Of a DNA stretch of 64,000 nucleotides, positions 33,439 through 43,461 are shown piece by piece (positions within the stretch are counted from its first letter, which is position 1; each line of letters starts with the position of its first letter). Source of the DNA: Alphaproteobacteria bacterium (lineage in GTDB: Bacteria; Pseudomonadota; Alphaproteobacteria; CALKHQ01). The stretch spans positions 1,383,930-1,447,929 of the forward strand of contig CBDDFZ010000002.1 in NCBI GenBank assembly GCA_965227515.1, written 5' to 3'. The translations under genes and the position numbers were made by a program. The notes under the pieces were generated by a model. That model did no database searches. It saw nothing but the letters and a program-made list of their open reading frames with translations, and was not told the origin of the DNA.

Positions 33439-34467
33439 ATGACACAGCCGTCGACCCTCGACCGTGTCGGTTTGGATTTGGACGGCGTGTCGGCCGAGCA
33501 GCGGTCCGATATGTGGGCGGACCTGGTGCGGCCCATCTTCGATGTGTCGGCGCTGAACCCTGCCGAAATGCCCATCGAGCGCGTGGACGCTTGGTTGTTG
33601 GACAACCTGATGCTGACTCGGGTCGCGTTCGGCAGCCATGTCTTCGATCGCAAGCCAAAGCACGTGAAAGCGGACATTGCCGATTGCCTGCTGGTCGAGC
33701 TCTACCTCAGTGGCGGCCTCAAGGGCGATATGGACGGCCAGGAATTCAGGATCGAACCCGGCGACCTGCACATCGTGGATTTTTCACGCCCATTCACATC
33801 CCGGGCGACGTCGGCAAAACTGGTGAGCTTCCTCGTTTCGCACGATGCGGTCGGCTACGACAGGAGCCGCCACCCGCCGACCATGGCAATTCGACGGGAC
33901 AGCGTCTTTGGCCGGATCATGCGAGATGCCGTCGTCAACATCTTCCGGCAGATCGACACGATCACCAAGGCCGAGCAGTCGGCGGTCGCGGGCGGCTTGG
34001 TCGGCCTGTTGCGCGGGGCATTCCACGCGCCGACGAGCCAGTCGGTCAGACCCGCGTTTGCCGCCGCGCGCGGACAGGCGATACGCGACTTCATCGCGCA
34101 AAATTTGCGGTCGGAGAATTTGACCGCCGATGCCATTTGCGGCGAGTTCGGCCTGTCGCGCGCCACCCTCTACAGGGAGTTCGAGGCCGATGGCGGGCTG
34201 AAGCACTACATCACCTCGCGGCGCCTGAATGCCGCGCTGACGTCGCTGGCCTTCGCGGACACGCCGCGCGGCGCTGTCAGCCGCGCTGCCGAAACGTGGG
34301 GTTTTTCGTCGACGAGCCACTTCAGCCGCGAGTTCCGGCGGATGTTCGGCTTCGGGCCTGGCAGCATTGTGGGAACGCAGCCGCGGCCTGCGCCGACCGG
34401 CGACGGTCAGTCGACGCCCGGGGCGCCGGCCGGTTCCGTCCTGTTGCCTCTGCTGAGAAAGCTCTGA
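33439..34467 (+). CDS. AraC family transcriptional regulator
   Basis: C-terminal double HTH ('ICGEFGLSRATLYREF', 'AETWGFSSTSHFSREFRRMFGFGP'). Alternative TTG start at 33367. Confidence 0.88.
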   Translation: MTQPSTLDRVGLDLDGVSAEQRSDMWADLVRPIFDVSALNPAEMPIERVDAWLLDNLMLTRVAFGSHVFDRKPKHVKADIADCLLVELYLSGGLKGDMDGQEFRIEPGDLHIVDFSRPFTSRATSAKLVSFLVSHDAVGYDRSRHPPTMAIRRDSVFGRIMRDAVVNIFRQIDTITKAEQSAVAGGLVGLLRGAFHAPTSQSVRPAFAAARGQAIRDFIAQNLRSENLTADAICGEFGLSRATLYREFEADGGLKHYITSRRLNAALTSLAFADTPRGAVSRAAETWGFSSTSHFSREFRRMFGFGPGSIVGTQPRPAPTGDGQSTPGAPAGSVLLPLLRKL

Positions 34468-35001
34468 GCTGAGCGGCAACGCCGCCATCGGTGCGCTTGG
34501 CGCCTGAGGGTCCAAGCCGCTCCCCGCACAACTTCACTTTCCTTGCCGATGCCTCCCCGCTCGGCTGCCCCCGGCACGCGCGGAATGGCGCACTTCCAGG
34601 GCGGTCCGGTCTGTCCGTGATACGTAAGTGCAACGAACTTGAGACTCCTGGATCATGATCTTTTCCGGGTTTACCGATAATTAACCTCCGCGCTGATGGG
34701 CGCAATAAAGCCAGCAATAGAGCACCGTGCAATAGGGTCCAGCTCTGTTTGAGGTTGGCGATAACTTGGATCGATTGGGGAGATCCGTCGCTTACACATC
34801 ATCGATTCTAGCTTTCCGAATATTGCCCGGGCTGGGTGTTCCCCCACGTCGCGGCGGCACACGCACCAACACTGTCTGTCACGACCGCCCAGCCCGGATA
34901 TAGCCAGAAGGCAACAATCCCCAACACTGCCCCCCGCACGGTCGTCAAACACGAAATGCGCCCATCGCAGGTAGCAACGAAGCATTGACAGGGAGAGCCA
35001 G

Positions 35002-38000
35002 ATGTCGAACCGCCAAAGCACCAAGACTGTGCGGCGCACATCGGCGATGCAGGTGCTCGGTCGTCTGAATGCGACCTCGGCACTGACAAGCGCGGCGTTC
35101 GCGTGCTCGGCGGTGTTTGCAGGCCACGCACTTGCGTTGCCGCAGGACGGCAACGTGGTCGAAGGCCAGGCCGAGATCGTCTACGGCGCTAACTCGGTCG
35201 AGATCGTCCAGGGCTCCGACCGGGTGATCATCGAGTGGTCCTCCTTCGACGTCGGCGTCGACGAGAGCGTCAACTTCGTCCAGCCCTCGCAGCTTGCCTC
35301 GGCGCTGAACCGGGTGCTGTCGGGCCAGTCCTCCGCGATCCTCGGCTCGCTGACCGGCAATGGTCAGATCACCATCGTCAACCCGGCCGGCATCCACTTC
35401 GGGGCGACGGCGAATGTCGACGTGGCGGCGATCACCGCGACGACCATCGACATCATCAACGCCAATTTCATGGCCAACAATCTGGCCTTCGACCAGTTCA
35501 ACGACGAATTCGCGAACGCCACCGTCACCAACGACGGGTCGATCACGGTGCAGGACAGCGGCCTTGCCGCCCTGGTGGCGCCGGGTGTGGCTAACAACGG
35601 CATCATCGCCGCGCGCACCGGTGCGGTTGTGCTGGCCTCTGGCACCGCATTCACCGTCGACCCCTATGGCGACGGCCTGATCCAGTTCGCGGTGAATGCG
35701 CCGACGACCGAGGCGCCTGAGGGCATGGATGCCCTCGTCAGCAACTCGGGTGAGATCTATGCCGACGGCGGCACGGTGATCCTGACGGCTGAAGCCGTAT
35801 CGGGCATTGTCGACAGCGTCGTGAACATGGACGGCGTGATCCAGGCGCAGACGATCGAGGGCCGCAATGGCCAGATCGCTCTCGTGGGCGGGTCCGGCGC
35901 CGGTGCGGTCAATGTGGCCGGCACCCTCGACGCCAGCGGCAACGACGCCGGCGAGGCTGGCGGCACGGTGCACGTGCTGGGCGACCAGGTGGCGCTGAAC
36001 GTCGGCGCGAACGTCGACGTCTCGGGTGCGGCCGGCGGCGGCGAGGCGCTGATCGGCGGTGCCTATCAGGGTGGTGCGCAGGCGGCCGGGGCCGCGCTGC
36101 AGTACCAGCAGACCGCCTCTGGCCTCAACATCATCAGCGACACGGCCTTCGAGACCGACGGCTACACGCCCACCTCCGATGTCACCCTGTTCGACGCGGG
36201 CGCGACCGCCAATGCGTCGGCCACCGACAACGGCGACGGTGGTGATGTCGTGGTCTGGGGCAATGACGAGGCGACCTTCTATGGCACGATCGCGGCCACA
36301 GGCGGCAACCAGGGCGGCAATGGCGGCCAAGTCGAACTATCGGGACAGCGGGTCACGGTCGCGGGTGACGTTGATCTTGGTGCGACGGTGGGCCAAGCCG
36401 GACATATGTTGATCGACCCGACCAATCTGTGCGCTGCCAATAGCCCTCTCAGCTGCTCTGCCTTCCCATTTCTTGTCACTACCGCAACCATCGTCTCGGC
36501 GCTGGAGTCCGGCGCCGACGTCACATTGGACACCAGCAATCCACCTGGTGGTGGCGATGCCGGTCAGGCCGGCAATATCGAGATCGTCCATGCAATAACG
36601 GTGGACTTCGCCAACAACGCCAGCGCCGACGACACCGCCATCTTCACCCTGCTGGCCGATGGCGGCATCGTGCAGGATGGCGCGGTCACAGGCATTAATG
36701 GTTCCCTGGGCATCAACTATCAGGCCAAGGGCGGCGAGATTGACATCAACGCGGCTGTCACGGTGGGCGGTGCCGCCGACGTAACGATGCTGTCGCAGTT
36801 CAACATTCGCGTTGACGCCAGCATCCAGAACGGCGGCACTGGCGCGACCAGCCTGGTCGCCGGCTGGGACGGCGCCACAACGGACATCGCCACGATCCTG
36901 GCGACGCCATCGGCGTACGGCGTGGGTGGTGGCGCGCTGTTCATCGGTGACGGAACGCAGACATCGGGCATCCATGTCGGCTCGCAACTGGGCGACACCA
37001 GTTTCGCCGGTGCGGCGATGACACTGCAAGGCAGCGCCGCGACATTCAACGCGTTTGCCATGGCCGGTTTCATCGGCGATTCATTCGGCTCTTACGACAT
37101 GGACGGCGACATCTTCATCGCTTTGAGCGACGAGAGTGGGACCGGCGGTGCGCTGACGCTGAATGCTGGCGGCGCGACTAACACGTTCGCCCAGGTCGGT
37201 CACGGCGGCGAAACGCGCGCTGGCAACAGCACGGGCGACATCATCGTCCTGCTGGCAGGCGACGTCACCCTCACCGCTGACGAAAGCTATGCTCAAATCG
37301 GCCACGGCGGCAATGAGTCGGGCGGCAACCGCACCGGCGATATCACGCTGTTCCAGGTTGGCAACGTGTCTCTATTCGGCGCCGGGTTTTATGCCCAGAT
37401 TGGCCATGGCGGCGTCGATGCCGGGGGCGGCCGCGCTGGCGATATCACGATTGTCGAGGCCAGCAATCTGACGATGGTCGGCGGCGGGGCCAGCCAGTAC
37501 GCCCAAGTCGGCCACGGCCAGGCGGACGAGTTTCCGGGCGCACTTTTCTTCGACAGCGGCACCGCCGAAGGCAGCATCGACCTCACCATCACCGGGGAAA
37601 CCAGCCTGGTCAACGGCGGGGGCGCTCCGTGGTACATCGGCCACCGGGCCACAACGGTGACCGACACCGCGCTCAGCTTGGTTAGCGGCACCCTCGACTT
37701 CGACGACACCGCAACTACCGGCGCATTCGCCATCACCGACGATGCCGCCGGAATGGATTTCGCGGCGAAGATGGCCGCCAACCTGGCGTTCGGCGACGTC
37801 ACGCTCGGCGCCACCAACGGCACCGCGGGCGCCACCGGCGGCATGACGGTCGGCTCGTCGTTCATCTATGACAGCGCCAACGACCTCAACCTGTTCTCGA
37901 CCACCGACATCCGGTTCGACGCCAGCGTACAGAACAACGGTGCCGGCAATGTGAGTGTGGTCGCCGGCTGGGACGCGGTCACGTTCGACATCGCGGACAT

Positions 38001-41000
38001 CCTGTCAGATGTCACCACCTATGGCATCAGCAGCGGCATCTTCATCGGTGACGGCACGCAGGTCGAGGGCATCGCGGTCGGCGCGCGCTTCGGCGACAGC
38101 AACTTCGCTGGCGCGGAGATGATTTTGCAAGGCAGCGATCAGCAGAATTTCACCTTTGCACAGGCCGGCTTCAGGAACCCAGGTGAACTCGATTTCGACA
38201 TCGACGGCGCGATCAATATCGCATTGAGCGACGGCACCGGCACGCCCGGCGACCTGATTGCGACGGCGGGGACTAAACTCTCAAGCTACGTTCAGGTTGG
38301 CCACGGTGGATCAGACTATTCCCTCGTTACCGGGAACGATGGCGACGTGGCCGGCGACATCACCATCCTGCTGGCCAACGATGTGATCTTCACGGCCGTC
38401 GGGCAAAGTGCCCACGCCCATCTCGGTCACGGAGGGCTTACCCTCGACGGCGCCTTTAGCGGTGACATCGTCATCGCGCAGGCCAACGATCTGACTTTTG
38501 CCGGTGGTGGCCCAAACGCCTACGCTCAACTTGGCCACGGCGGATTGTCATCCACCGGCAGCAAGACCGGTGACATCATCATCGACCTGGCCGGCAGCTT
38601 GGCATTCGCTGGCAGTTCCAAGACCCAGTCGTTTGCTCTGCTCGGCCACGGTGGAGCCCATGCAATCGGTAGCGCGAGTGGAGACATCGCGATCTCGCAG
38701 GCCGGCGACCTTATGCTCACTGCCGGCACCGGCTGGGTGTCATTTGCGCAGATCGGACACGGAGGATCCAATATTGGCGGCGGTGCCAGTGGTGCCATCA
38801 CGATCACCGGAGCCGACAACCTGATACTCACCAGTAACAGGGGGCGTATCTCGTACACGCAGATCGGCCACGGAGGTTTCCGCTACGATGGTGCTGCCAG
38901 CGGCGCGATTTCGATCGACGTCCTCCAGGATTTGAACCTCAAGGGCGGTGACCTGGAAAGCGATGCGTACGCCCAGATCGGCCACGGGGCCGTTTCGACG
39001 TCGTCCACGGGATTGCGCAGCGGCGATATCGACCTGGACGTCGCCGGCGAGACAAGCCTGGTCAACGGGGCCGGAACGAATGCTGACTGGATGATCGGTC
39101 ATCGCTCTGGGACGATTGTCGAAGTATCCGATGCCGACATCACCCTGATCACTGGCACTCTGGACTTCGACGACACGAACAGCAGCACCAGCTTCGGCAT
39201 TACCGACGATGCGGCGGGCACCGACTTCGCGGCGAAGATGGCGACCAACCTGCTCGTCGGCAATGTCACGCTGGGTGCCACAAACGGCAGGACTGGTGCG
39301 AACGGCGGGATGGCTGTGAACGCGCCTTTCATCTATGCCAGCGCCACCGATTTCAGCCTGTTCTCCGCCACCAATATCCGGTTCGGTGCCAGCGTGCAGA
39401 ACAGCAGCACAGGCAACGTCAACGTGGTCGCCGGCTGGGACCAGACGACGTTCGACATCGCCACCATCCTGGGCGATGTCACGACCTACGGCCTGAGCAG
39501 CGGCATCTTCATCGGCGACGGCTCTCAGATCGAAGGCATCGCCGTTGGCTCCCGATTCGGCGGCAGCAACTTCGCCGCCCATTCCATGACGCTGCAGGGC
39601 AGCGACACGACCGACTTTGGCTTCGCCATGGCCGGCTTCCGAGACACCGGCGCGGACGATGCAGACGGCGCGATCAGTATCGCGCTCAGCGACGGCACCG
39701 GCGCCGCCGGCGACCTGGAGGCCGCGGGCGGCAGTGCGGTCTTGGCATATGCCCAGGTGGGCCACGGCGGCTGGAATATGAGCGGGTCAAGCGGCAGCTA
39801 CGCTGGCGATATCACGATCATTCTGGCCAACGACCTGATCTTCAGCGCCAATGGCTCGGGATCCTATGGCCAGCTTGGCCATGGCGGCATCACCGCCCAG
39901 GGCAGCCACAGCGGCGCGATCAGCGTCCTCCAGGCGCGCGACATCACCTTCACCGGCGGCAGCGGCGATGAAGGGTCGTCATATGTGCAGTTTGGCCACG
40001 GCGGCTTCGGCGCCGATGGCGACCACAGCGGCCAGATCACAATCGCCGAGGCGCGCAATGTGAGCTTCACAAGCGCCACCACACAGAACGGCTATGCACA
40101 ATTGGGCCACGGCGGCCGCATCGCCGACGGTGACATTAGTGGCGACATCACCATCACCCAGGCCGCCACGCTGAGCCTTTCCAGTGTCGGTCAAATCGGC
40201 TCCTATGCGCAGCTTGGCCACGGCGGCTACGACATGGACGGTACCCTTAGCGGCGCCATCGACATTACGGTGGTTTCGGCACTGACACTGACCGGCCAGG
40301 ACGTTGCCACCATCCTTGGCCAGTATGCTGTTCTGGGGCACGGCAACGAGTTCGGTAGCTTCGACAGCGACGCCGGCCAAGGGGTCAGCGGCGATGTAAT
40401 GGTCCGTGTCGGCGGCGCTGCGACGCTGACCGACGCGTTCATCGGCCACATGACCGATGACGACACGCTGTACACCAGCGGCAACACGTTCGTCGGTGTC
40501 GGCGCCCTGCTGACGACCGATGCGGCGAGTGCTCTCAATAGCGCGGCGTCAGGCGAATTGCGGATCTATCTGGGGTCGGTGGCCGCCGATGCGGTGGACC
40601 CGGCGGCGCTGCTGAACGGCGTCGCGCACGAGGCCGCCCAGGCCCCCAACAACCAGGGCGCGTTCGCCTTCGGCTCCGGACCCTACGCGCCGGACTTGAC
40701 GCGCGGCAACTTCGCCTACTACACGCTGGACGGCGTGTGGAACTACTTCGTCGAAACCGCGCACGCCGCCAACATCGTGGCTGAACTGGAGGGGGGCAAC
40801 GCGGTCTCGCTGGACACCACGCAAGGCTTCACCCAGTTCGGCGCGGTCTTCGATTGGGACGGCGCGCCGTCGTTTATCGAGGTGAACGCGCCCGTCGTCT
40901 ATACGTCCGACAATCCGCTGAACTTGCTGGCGACCGGCGGCGTGACGTTCAACGCCAGCGTGCAGAACAGTGGCGCTGGCAGTGTGAATGTGGTCGCCGG

Positions 41001-42828
41001 CTGGGACGCGGTGACGACAGACATTGCGACCATCCTGTCCGATGTCACCACCTATGGCATCAGCAGCGGCATCTTCATTGGCGACGGCACCCAGGCCGAT
41101 GGCATCGCGGTTGGCGCGCGCTTCGGCGAATCCGTGTTCGCTGCCCATTCCCTGACGCTGACGGGCAGCAATACGACGGCCGATGCGTTCGCCCAAGCCG
41201 GGTTCAGCAATCCAGCAGGCCGCAACTTCGAAATCAATGGCGCCATTACGGTCGCATTGAGCGATGGCACCGGCACGCCCGGCGATCTGACCGCAACGGC
41301 CGGTTCGCAGTCCGGCAGCCATGTTCAGGTCGGCCACGGCGGCGGTCCCGGCACCACCGGCAACAATCCCAGTGGCCGTTACAATGGCGCCATCACGATC
41401 CTGCTCGCCAATGACCTGTCCTTCAGCGCCAGCACCGGCGGATTGGCCTCATATGCGCAGCTCGGCCATGGCGGTGCCGACGTTCAAGGCGTTCATGGCG
41501 GCGCTATCGAGATCGTTCAGGCCCGCGACCTCAGCTTCGCCGGCGGTAACGATGATTACACCTACGCCCAGCTTGGCCACGGTGGCTATAACTCAGACAG
41601 AGATCATCGCGGCAGGATCACGATAACCGAGGCCCGCGACCTCTCGTTCACCGGTGGCGCGGGCGACGATGCCTATGCACAGCTCGGCCATGGCGGCGCG
41701 CTGTCCGGCGCGGGCGGCGGCAGGATCATATTCGACCTCGTCCGCGATCTGCTCTTCATGGGCGGGACAGGCGAGAGAGCCTACAGCCAGCTCGGCCACG
41801 GGGGGCATGGGGCAAACGCAAAGCTCCAGGCCGGGATCACGATCGGCGCTGCTGGCGATTTGACCGTGGCCGCCGGTGCCGGTGACGAGGCATACGCACA
41901 GCTTGGCAATGGCGGCTTTTTCTCCTTCGGTGCGTTCACGGGCAAGATCGATGTGACGGTGCTGGGGAACTTGGCCCTGACGGGCGTGGACCCGATCGAG
42001 CGATACGCCGTGATCGGACATGGCGGCCTGGAGAGCAAGGTTGTTGTCGACGGCGACGTGTTCGTAAAGGTCGGCGAGGCAGCGACGCTGACCAACGCGG
42101 GGATCGGGCACTTGTTCGATGACCCCAACTCCATCCGCTTCGGGACGACATTCGTCGGTGTCGACGGCGTGTTGACCGCCGACGCAACCAGTTGGTTTGT
42201 CAGCGCGCCATCCGGGAGACTGGGCGAATTGCGCATCTATCTGACGTCCGCCGCCTACGATGCGGTCGACCCGGCGGCGTTGCTGAACCGGGTTGCACAC
42301 GGGGCCGACCAGGGACCCAACGACCAGGGGCCGTTCGATTTCGCCGATGGGCCTTACGATCCTGGCACGTCGCTTGTCGGCGGCCCGGTGATCGACGGCA
42401 ACTTCAACTACTACATCCAGTTACGGCCGACGACCACGGCGGGGACCGACCCGGTGACGTTCGTCGCCACGGCCCTGCTGGTGAACATCGGCGGGCAGTC
42501 CAATCCGGAGCAGGGGCCCACCGATGCCCTGGCCGGCCGCAGCGCCCCGGACTCCGGCAACACCATCGACGACGTGTTCGCCGATCCGTTCAGCCTGCTT
42601 GGCGGCGATCCGTCACAGGGCGGCGATCTCTCGCAGATCGCACCGGCGGCGGGTGGCCAGACGTGTCAGGTGGTGCCGGGCGAGGGCGGCGGGACGTTGA
42701 CCTGTAGCGTCGACGAGGCGGGCGCCCCGAGCGACCTGTCGCCAGCCGGCGGCGGCGCGGGTCCGTTGGGCGCGTTCACGCTGGACCCGCAAGTCGACTT
42801 GGACAGCCTGTTCAACGTCTGGCAGTAG
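35002..42828 (+). CDS. Giant TpsA-like exoprotein (filamentous haemagglutinin N-terminal domain) with GHGG repeats
   Basis: Signal peptide ending ALA-LPQDGNVV. TPS domain motifs 'IIEWSSFDVG', 'F.QP...ALNRV' and 'NPAGIHFG'. Gly/Asp/Thr-rich beta-solenoid-type repeats. 2608 aa. Confidence 0.88.
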   Translation: MSNRQSTKTVRRTSAMQVLGRLNATSALTSAAFACSAVFAGHALALPQDGNVVEGQAEIVYGANSVEIVQGSDRVIIEWSSFDVGVDESVNFVQPSQLASALNRVLSGQSSAILGSLTGNGQITIVNPAGIHFGATANVDVAAITATTIDIINANFMANNLAFDQFNDEFANATVTNDGSITVQDSGLAALVAPGVANNGIIAARTGAVVLASGTAFTVDPYGDGLIQFAVNAPTTEAPEGMDALVSNSGEIYADGGTVILTAEAVSGIVDSVVNMDGVIQAQTIEGRNGQIALVGGSGAGAVNVAGTLDASGNDAGEAGGTVHVLGDQVALNVGANVDVSGAAGGGEALIGGAYQGGAQAAGAALQYQQTASGLNIISDTAFETDGYTPTSDVTLFDAGATANASATDNGDGGDVVVWGNDEATFYGTIAATGGNQGGNGGQVELSGQRVTVAGDVDLGATVGQAGHMLIDPTNLCAANSPLSCSAFPFLVTTATIVSALESGADVTLDTSNPPGGGDAGQAGNIEIVHAITVDFANNASADDTAIFTLLADGGIVQDGAVTGINGSLGINYQAKGGEIDINAAVTVGGAADVTMLSQFNIRVDASIQNGGTGATSLVAGWDGATTDIATILATPSAYGVGGGALFIGDGTQTSGIHVGSQLGDTSFAGAAMTLQGSAATFNAFAMAGFIGDSFGSYDMDGDIFIALSDESGTGGALTLNAGGATNTFAQVGHGGETRAGNSTGDIIVLLAGDVTLTADESYAQIGHGGNESGGNRTGDITLFQVGNVSLFGAGFYAQIGHGGVDAGGGRAGDITIVEASNLTMVGGGASQYAQVGHGQADEFPGALFFDSGTAEGSIDLTITGETSLVNGGGAPWYIGHRATTVTDTALSLVSGTLDFDDTATTGAFAITDDAAGMDFAAKMAANLAFGDVTLGATNGTAGATGGMTVGSSFIYDSANDLNLFSTTDIRFDASVQNNGAGNVSVVAGWDAVTFDIADILSDVTTYGISSGIFIGDGTQVEGIAVGARFGDSNFAGAEMILQGSDQQNFTFAQAGFRNPGELDFDIDGAINIALSDGTGTPGDLIATAGTKLSSYVQVGHGGSDYSLVTGNDGDVAGDITILLANDVIFTAVGQSAHAHLGHGGLTLDGAFSGDIVIAQANDLTFAGGGPNAYAQLGHGGLSSTGSKTGDIIIDLAGSLAFAGSSKTQSFALLGHGGAHAIGSASGDIAISQAGDLMLTAGTGWVSFAQIGHGGSNIGGGASGAITITGADNLILTSNRGRISYTQIGHGGFRYDGAASGAISIDVLQDLNLKGGDLESDAYAQIGHGAVSTSSTGLRSGDIDLDVAGETSLVNGAGTNADWMIGHRSGTIVEVSDADITLITGTLDFDDTNSSTSFGITDDAAGTDFAAKMATNLLVGNVTLGATNGRTGANGGMAVNAPFIYASATDFSLFSATNIRFGASVQNSSTGNVNVVAGWDQTTFDIATILGDVTTYGLSSGIFIGDGSQIEGIAVGSRFGGSNFAAHSMTLQGSDTTDFGFAMAGFRDTGADDADGAISIALSDGTGAAGDLEAAGGSAVLAYAQVGHGGWNMSGSSGSYAGDITIILANDLIFSANGSGSYGQLGHGGITAQGSHSGAISVLQARDITFTGGSGDEGSSYVQFGHGGFGADGDHSGQITIAEARNVSFTSATTQNGYAQLGHGGRIADGDISGDITITQAATLSLSSVGQIGSYAQLGHGGYDMDGTLSGAIDITVVSALTLTGQDVATILGQYAVLGHGNEFGSFDSDAGQGVSGDVMVRVGGAATLTDAFIGHMTDDDTLYTSGNTFVGVGALLTTDAASALNSAASGELRIYLGSVAADAVDPAALLNGVAHEAAQAPNNQGAFAFGSGPYAPDLTRGNFAYYTLDGVWNYFVETAHAANIVAELEGGNAVSLDTTQGFTQFGAVFDWDGAPSFIEVNAPVVYTSDNPLNLLATGGVTFNASVQNSGAGSVNVVAGWDAVTTDIATILSDVTTYGISSGIFIGDGTQADGIAVGARFGESVFAAHSLTLTGSNTTADAFAQAGFSNPAGRNFEINGAITVALSDGTGTPGDLTATAGSQSGSHVQVGHGGGPGTTGNNPSGRYNGAITILLANDLSFSASTGGLASYAQLGHGGADVQGVHGGAIEIVQARDLSFAGGNDDYTYAQLGHGGYNSDRDHRGRITITEARDLSFTGGAGDDAYAQLGHGGALSGAGGGRIIFDLVRDLLFMGGTGERAYSQLGHGGHGANAKLQAGITIGAAGDLTVAAGAGDEAYAQLGNGGFFSFGAFTGKIDVTVLGNLALTGVDPIERYAVIGHGGLESKVVVDGDVFVKVGEAATLTNAGIGHLFDDPNSIRFGTTFVGVDGVLTADATSWFVSAPSGRLGELRIYLTSAAYDAVDPAALLNRVAHGADQGPNDQGPFDFADGPYDPGTSLVGGPVIDGNFNYYIQLRPTTTAGTDPVTFVATALLVNIGGQSNPEQGPTDALAGRSAPDSGNTIDDVFADPFSLLGGDPSQGGDLSQIAPAAGGQTCQVVPGEGGGTLTCSVDEAGAPSDLSPAGGGAGPLGAFTLDPQVDLDSLFNVWQ

Positions 42829-42856
42829 CGGTTTTCGCGTCGGACCAGTTTTCCAG

Positions 42857-42956
42857 TTGATCTGCACCGGCCCACACACCACCCGGCCACCCAGACAGGA
42901 TACTATCGTTGGGCGGCCGGGTGGGGGTGCGGGCCGGTGCCGGCTTCGCGTAAGCG
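42857..42956. repeat. Long imperfect hairpin element, right copy
   Basis: CACCCGGCCACCCA-16 nt-TGGGCGGCCGGGTG with outer arms GCACCGG / CCGGTGC. Lies between convergent genes. Confidence 0.75.
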
Positions 42957-42965
42957 GGAAACAAT

Positions 42966-43340
42966 CTAAGGCGCCTTGTAGGCGACGCAGTCCACCTCAA
43001 CCTTGGCATCGACCATCAGTCGCGATTCGACGCAGGCGCGGGCCGGCGGGTTCTCGACGAAGTACTGGCGGAACACGGTGTTGAACGCGTTGAAGTCGCG
43101 CGGGTCTTCCAGCCACACGCCGATGCGCAGAATGTGCGAGGCGTCGTAGCCGGCCTCTTCCAGGATCGCCAGCATGTTCTTGATCGCCTGGTGCGCCTGC
43201 GGAACGATGCCGCCGTCAACGATCTGGCCGTCGGCCATCGGCACCTGGCCGGATACGAACAGGAAGCCGGCGGCGCCGGCGGCGCGGGCGAACGGCAGGC
43301 CGGTGGCGGCACCTTCCGCGCCAATACGTGTGATCGACAT
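42966..43340 (-). CDS. RidA/YjgF family protein
   Basis: 'FLFVSGQVP', 'DFNAFN.VF', 'PPARACVE' (conserved Arg) and 'KVEVDCVA'. Confidence 0.88.
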   Translation of the reverse strand: MSITRIGAEGAATGLPFARAAGAAGFLFVSGQVPMADGQIVDGGIVPQAHQAIKNMLAILEEAGYDASHILRIGVWLEDPRDFNAFNTVFRQYFVENPPARACVESRLMVDAKVEVDCVAYKAP

Positions 43341-43461
43341 TTCAGACTCCCCAATAGCGGTGTTGCGATTGCGGGCAAGAGGGTGCGCGGCGCGGGCGAC
43401 GATTGCAAGGGTGCTGCGATCCGCCGACAATGATCGCGCAATCACGAGGGGGCCCTGCCAC

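Noticed and set aside
37180-42030. Periodic ~111-nt repeats read as a CRISPR array or a diversity-generating retroelement target
   Set aside because: The repeats are in-frame, degenerate at synonymous positions and lie inside one ORF. No cas or reverse transcriptase gene is present.
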